From Armatimonadota bacterium (GTDB lineage Bacteria; Armatimonadota; SYMT01), in contig JBKBRF010000024.1 in the NCBI GenBank assembly GCA_046292385.1, positions 38,819 through 102,818 of the forward strand: 64,000 nt of DNA, given 5' to 3'. The notes beneath the pieces were generated by a model that ran no database searches, had not been told where the DNA came from, and worked only from the letters and a program-made list of their open reading frames with translations. This document shows, one piece after another, positions 59,626 to 64,000 of this stretch; positions within the stretch are counted from its first letter, which is position 1; every line of letters begins with the position of its first letter. The position numbers and the translations under genes were made by a program.

Positions 59626-60162
59626 CTACTCGTTGATCGACTGTTCCCACCAGGCATAAAGCAGATCAGCCCGGCGTGGGCGGTAGGTGGCTCGCGCTGC
59701 GATTCGCCGTAAAGCCTCCGCCACTTCCAGACCGGTAGGCTGTGCAGTGAGCTGCCACTCACGGAGTAGCTCCAACGTGCCACTCAATCGGGTCGCGGGG
59801 TGTCGCTCGGTTACAACACGGCGAGCTCGTCGGTCATCGGTGGCGAGGGTATAGCCGCGGCTCACCGCGAGGGCTGCTGCTTCTGCCTCCCCATCCGCTA
59901 GGCTCACGCCGAACTCGAGGAACAGTGCCTCCTCTGCCGAGCCCTCGAGCACCTCTTCAACCAGCACCCCGCGGTAGATTAGCGGCTCCAGGTCTACCAG
60001 TTCGCGCTCCTCGGAGTCAGGCACTGCGAGCCACTGCGCTTCGCCTCGGGCATGCGGAGCGACGGTAAAGTGTTGCGGGAGTTCCCGGAGGATCTCTTCG
60101 GCCCGGCCGGTGGCGGCGAGGTTCAGGGTACAGCACGCATCCAGGATTATGGTTTCGACCAT
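59626..60162 (-). CDS. PIN-domain protein (putative RNase toxin)
   Basis: IILDACC, LADGEAEAAALA, LATDDRRAR acidic PIN motifs. Confidence 0.85.
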   Translation of the reverse strand: MVETIILDACCTLNLAATGRAEEILRELPQHFTVAPHARGEAQWLAVPDSEERELVDLEPLIYRGVLVEEVLEGSAEEALFLEFGVSLADGEAEAAALAVSRGYTLATDDRRARRVVTERHPATRLSGTLELLREWQLTAQPTGLEVAEALRRIAARATYRPRRADLLYAWWEQSINE

Positions 60163-60181
60163 CTCTGCGGCATCTCCCGGA

Positions 60182-61411
60182 CTAGCTGACACCCCTCACC
60201 CCGTCGATGGGTTCCGCTAGGTCAAGCACCAGCTCCCCCGCTTCACCTTCTTCGGTTACCGCAGTCCGGGTGGTCTGTTCCTGCACGATGCGGCGGGCCT
60301 GCTGTCGGTCGGTGTGGAGGATTCCGACTAACTCCCCCTCGGTGAGCAGGCCGTCTTCGTAAGCGCGAGCTGCCAGACCCATGTAACGTCTCGGGAGCAT
60401 GGGCTCCTCGGACCCGGAACGTAGTCCGAGGATAGCCTGCGCCTCCTTCACCTGGAACTTGTTGTCCTTCAGGCCTCGCCACGTCCCGACCGGGATCAGG
60501 CGGAGGTCCTCAAGCCGCAACAGCAGGGCCTCGAATGAGACGCCATACAGATCCGCGAGGTTGATCAGGGCGGCTGGCGTGAGCTGGCCTACGGAGCGGA
60601 CGAGGTCGTAGAACCGCCGCCGGAGGCCCAGCGCGGGCATAAGGAACGCCTTCGCAAACGAGTCCGCAAACCGCTCCTTCCGCGAACTGCGGAGGTCGGT
60701 TCTCAGGATCGTGACCTCCGGCTCGTACCGGTGAACGAGGAAATGCGCGTACTCGTGACAGAGTGACCAGAGCCGGCGTCCGGCAGGGTGTTTCCGCTGG
60801 ATAGCGATGCAGCCACCCAGTTCTTCCGTATAGACGAACAGGCCGCTGATCCTGGACGGGAGTCCGATGTAGAAGATCCGTAGACCGACGTCGCCCTCGA
60901 GGAGGTCGCGAAGGTTGGTCACCGGACCATCCCCGAGGCCCAGCCGGTTGCGTTCCGCACTGGCAACCTCCTCTGCCGCTTCCACGGGATCACGACCGCT
61001 GATGTTGTAGAGAACGGGGTAGTTCCTCGGCAGGGGAGAACCACACTTCTCCTCCAGCTCCAAGTAGTCGTCGCTTAGGCGCTGGAGCAGCCGGGTAGCC
61101 TCCTCGAGTTCCGGATTGCTCTCGTATGCATCGACGGCAGCGCCCCGGAAGTGCGGGACGAAATCCCGGATCGGTGGACGGTGCCGGAGCAACTCGTGGA
61201 CATCGCGCCCGTAGAGCTGGGCCAGCCGGATCAGCTCGTGCGGCTGCACCGGGCGTTCGCCCTTCTCTATAGCGATGTAAGTAGGGCGGGACATGCCGAG
61301 CGCCGCCGCAGCATCCTGCTGCGTGAGCTTGCGGTCCTTCCGAGCCTCCTGGAGGCGCAGCCCGAGGACCCGCGGGTCGACGTCGGGATTCACGCGAAGA
61401 GGTTCGCTCAT
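60182..61411 (-). CDS. XRE HTH + ImmA/IrrE (COG2856) Zn-metallopeptidase fusion
   Basis: LQEARKDRKLTQQDAA...SRPTYIAIEKG; HEYAH; ERFADSFA.AFLMP. Confidence 0.93.
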   Translation of the reverse strand: MSEPLRVNPDVDPRVLGLRLQEARKDRKLTQQDAAAALGMSRPTYIAIEKGERPVQPHELIRLAQLYGRDVHELLRHRPPIRDFVPHFRGAAVDAYESNPELEEATRLLQRLSDDYLELEEKCGSPLPRNYPVLYNISGRDPVEAAEEVASAERNRLGLGDGPVTNLRDLLEGDVGLRIFYIGLPSRISGLFVYTEELGGCIAIQRKHPAGRRLWSLCHEYAHFLVHRYEPEVTILRTDLRSSRKERFADSFAKAFLMPALGLRRRFYDLVRSVGQLTPAALINLADLYGVSFEALLLRLEDLRLIPVGTWRGLKDNKFQVKEAQAILGLRSGSEEPMLPRRYMGLAARAYEDGLLTEGELVGILHTDRQQARRIVQEQTTRTAVTEEGEAGELVLDLAEPIDGVRGVS

Positions 61412-61414
61412 ATC

Positions 61415-62896
61415 TCAGACCGCCTGGCCGTTCGGGTCATAGAGCGGCAGCATCGGCATCTCGGGCACGTCGGGGCGCACCCGGCGTCGGTCACCGATCT
61501 CGGTAGCATCAGGAAACTCCGCGCACATCGGGAACAGGTTCCACTCCGCCACATATCTCCTGAGCAGTTCCAGCAGTTCGTTCTGGACGGCCGCTTCATC
61601 CCTACCTACCACCTTCGCGACGTAGCGCTTGGTCATCTCCAACCCTGGATAGCTCCGAGTCAATACCGACCAGGGGTGCCCCGAGGTCAGGGCCTTACGG
61701 ATGCGCTCCCGCTGGCTCAGCATGGCATCCAGCGCTTCTCGGCTCTCTCGGGGGATGGTGGTGTGTGGCACGGTCACGTCATAGCGATAGAGGTCGTTGT
61801 GATCAAAGGGGGCCAGCCCGGAGGCGTAGAGGGACTGACGGCGCAGGATGCAGGGCGCACACTTCCCGCACAGGGGAGTCAGCTGGACGCGCTGCGGGAA
61901 CCGATCGCAGGAAACGGTAGCACGGATCGACTGCTCCAGACCCGCCCGCTGGATCGAAGCACACATCTCCGCCTTCGACTTGAGGAGGTACGGGTTCCGG
62001 ATCTGGAACGGCTCGCCGAAGACCAGCGAGAGAAAGGCGCCCATGTTGTGTAGCAAGCTCGGATGCACCCCCTGGGGGGTTTCCCAAGGAAACGCACCAA
62101 CCCTTAGCGGGAGGCACAGGGAAGCGAGACCGTTCTCGCACTGGTAGAGTTCCATAGCGCCGTCCGCATGCGCGGCAATCGCGCCGAGCGTCTGGAACAC
62201 GAAGGAACGGCTGCGATGCAGTCCCGGCCCACGGATCGAGCGCGACAACTCCAGCCGTAGTTCCGTAGGGTGGATGCGCCCTCGGAACCGGCGCTCGAGC
62301 GCGGCACAGACCTCGTGCTGAATGCCGGCGACGCGGTCCGCGGTCACCACTGAGACCAGTCCGAACCGATCGGTGACGTTCTCCTGGGCCAAGTCACAAG
62401 TGCCGGCGAAGGAGTCCAGCCCGCCGCTCAGCAGAACGAACCGCGAAGGAGCAGTCCCCACCTCAAGAAGGCAACCCTGGGCACTCGGGCGAGCAGAAAC
62501 TGGATCCGTGCGGCGCGACCAGTGGAAGCACCACTCATCCGTGGTAAGCGAGCCGAGCAGCCCACTGAGTCGGTCCTGGACCCACGGCTCGCGCCAGAAG
62601 TCGAGGTCATAGACCGGCAGGTTGATGGCAAGGTGTCTCGACCAGCCGTAGCCGTCACGATCCGGGTGCCGGGGCGACAGGCGGTCGGCGGCATGAACCG
62701 CCTTGATGACCTGGAGGAGATCCAAGAGCCGGTGCCGCAGTCCAATCCAAGAGCCAGCGCCTCTGGTCACGTTGAACTGCACGCGAAACATCAGGCCTTC
62801 CTTCAGACCGTCGCGCGGTCCCAGTCGCATCCCATGGAGCAGGCCGTTAGGCGCGATGGTGAAGTTGTAGTGAAACACTCGCGCCTTCGTCGGCAT
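61415..62896 (-). CDS. QueC-family PP-loop protein of the QatC type
   Basis: DLL.....V.AADR...R...GWSR.L...LPV....FW N-terminal extension, LSGGLDS, RSRSF, ENG..SL.LPL, NPY..KSK.EM, TVSC...CGKCAPCILRR. Confidence 0.85.
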   Translation of the reverse strand: MPTKARVFHYNFTIAPNGLLHGMRLGPRDGLKEGLMFRVQFNVTRGAGSWIGLRHRLLDLLQVIKAVHAADRLSPRHPDRDGYGWSRHLAINLPVYDLDFWREPWVQDRLSGLLGSLTTDEWCFHWSRRTDPVSARPSAQGCLLEVGTAPSRFVLLSGGLDSFAGTCDLAQENVTDRFGLVSVVTADRVAGIQHEVCAALERRFRGRIHPTELRLELSRSIRGPGLHRSRSFVFQTLGAIAAHADGAMELYQCENGLASLCLPLRVGAFPWETPQGVHPSLLHNMGAFLSLVFGEPFQIRNPYLLKSKAEMCASIQRAGLEQSIRATVSCDRFPQRVQLTPLCGKCAPCILRRQSLYASGLAPFDHNDLYRYDVTVPHTTIPRESREALDAMLSQRERIRKALTSGHPWSVLTRSYPGLEMTKRYVAKVVGRDEAAVQNELLELLRRYVAEWNLFPMCAEFPDATEIGDRRRVRPDVPEMPMLPLYDPNGQAV

Positions 62897-63557
62897 TGTG
62901 ACCCTCCGGATCTACTTCAAGGCGCAGCACAGGGATCGGCACGTTCATCAACTCAGCGGTGGTAGCCGCTGACCGGGGAGGTCGTGCCCGCATAGAGCTA
63001 CCCGTCGGATCCCGACTGATGCTGGCGATCACATCAGCATCAGCGCCCTGGAGGCGTTCTCGCAGACCGTCTTCCAGGTGAAGGATCCGTTCCACCCGGT
63101 CTGCGGGGTCGCCGCACGGTAGCTTGGCCTCGATCCGACTGAGAAAGAGCGCGTTCACCTGCGCACTGCACCAGTCCACATACAGATCGTCCATGGTGCG
63201 AGGGGAAGCTCCATCCTGCTGGAGCCGCGCCCACTCCCGCACCACCACCTCGACTTCGGAGGCAGCGATCGGGTCCCTTCCCTCTCGTAGACCCTGGCGC
63301 CGGTGGTCTTGCAGAGCCAGTTCTAGCTCGTCCGGGGAGCAGGGCATCACGAGACGGCCCGCACCAGCACCGACTCCCGCCACTCGGGCGAGCTTAGCGA
63401 GGCCGACCGGTCCACCCCGTTGGCGGATCTGCTTGCGTAGACACCGCGTCATCCCGGGGACCAAGAACTGGTCGTCGGCTCCCCGTCTCGCCGGTTCCAC
63501 GAGATCGCCAAAAAGCCGGCCGGGGCCTTCGGTAAAGTACGTGTCCTCGTTTCCCAT
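62847..63557 (-). CDS. Hypothetical protein, QatB-like (Met-Gly N-terminus)
   Basis: First gene upstream of the QatC-like gene; begins MGNEDTYF; LRKQIRQRGG..G-rich segment then helical region; promoter position supports the 63557 start. Confidence 0.55.
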   Translation of the reverse strand: MGNEDTYFTEGPGRLFGDLVEPARRGADDQFLVPGMTRCLRKQIRQRGGPVGLAKLARVAGVGAGAGRLVMPCSPDELELALQDHRRQGLREGRDPIAASEVEVVVREWARLQQDGASPRTMDDLYVDWCSAQVNALFLSRIEAKLPCGDPADRVERILHLEDGLRERLQGADADVIASISRDPTGSSMRARPPRSAATTAELMNVPIPVLRLEVDPEGHNADEGASVSLQLHHRA

Positions 63558-63566
63558 GTTCAATCC

Positions 63567-63595
63567 ATTATGGCCGGCGCTCTTTACAACGTCAA
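63567..63595 (-). promoter_or_regulatory. Sigma70-type promoter for the four-gene operon
   Basis: TTGACG-N17-CATAAT ending 9 nt before ATG 63557. Confidence 0.75.
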
Positions 63596-63912
63596 CGCTT
63601 TTCTTGAAAAGCCTGCGAACTATGTAAAACTCACGCTGGGTATAGTTGTACCGGCTGCACGGGATGCGGACGTCAGATATGTGTGTCGAGCGGGGCCAGC
63701 ACGCCACGCCTAAAGCTGGGATCCCCCGACCGAGCCACTCAAGGTCGCGTGGACGACCGCCGAAACTAGTGGCACGAGCTTCTAACGAGGAGAGTAGAGG
63801 CGTTCGGTCGTTTTATGACCGACCGAACGGCCGGTTCGACGTCGAACTGCACTGAGCCACCGAAAGCCTGCTCTCGCGGGGAGCTACCATCAGAAGGTGT
63901 GTAAACGGTGAA

Positions 63913-63982
63913 GGCGGTGAACCTTCCTTCTAGAGACTAGAAGCAGCCGAGGGCCAACTCGGCAAAGGAAGGAAACACCGCC
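63913..63982 (+). promoter_or_regulatory. Structured 5' UTR occluding the SD of a gene starting at 63983
   Basis: GGCGGTG/CACCGCC and CCTTCCTT/AAGGAAGG pairings enclose internal hairpins; ATG follows immediately. Confidence 0.55.
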
Positions 63983-64000
63983 ATGAAAGAGATTACCGCG

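Noticed and set aside
59626..63557. Canonical QatABCD or queuosine biosynthesis operon
   Set aside because: No P-loop ATPase, TatD, QueD/E/F or TGT in the operon; the protein is much longer than housekeeping QueC.

Overview
High-GC bacterial chromosomal window; the gene mix and several apparently leaderless genes are compatible with a soil lineage such as Armatimonadota, but this cannot be confirmed from sequence alone. (1) 1-7.4 kb: minus-strand sulfatase operon (HdeD-like, VOC, FGE, BASS transporter, Cys-type sulfatase, two SulP) after an alcohol dehydrogenase remnant. (2) 8-21.7 kb: stress and signalling genes (GreA-C-domain protein, PRC/BON protein, PAS kinase, two tandem USPs, FMN reductase, DUF1269), fused secDF preceded by a signal-peptide ORF ending in a RAPP arrest motif, and a guanidine-II riboswitch with gdx/sugE. 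(3) From 21.9 kb: the 5' half only of tRNA-Gly(CCC), followed by an intact tyrosine integrase + 127-aa ORF module, a decayed second copy of the same module, and cargo (DUF2243, cheB pseudogene, SulP, MFS, methyltransferases, hpnA/hpnG-like). (4) 38.5-52.9 kb: phosphodiesterase-like gene, ABC-F, Pfk, RNase J, MBL hydrolase, and a GGDEF / glutaminase-dead PyrG / GT4 operon. (5) 53-64 kb: a defence-island-like block preceded by a second copy of an ~87-bp element also found beside the integrase. It holds a 7 x 74-aa repeat protein, a Type IIG R-M enzyme, and a convergent four-gene operon (QatB-like, QatC/QueC-like, XRE-ImmA peptidase, PIN), which is the best candidate for an undescribed system. 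All family calls come from motif recognition, not database searches.
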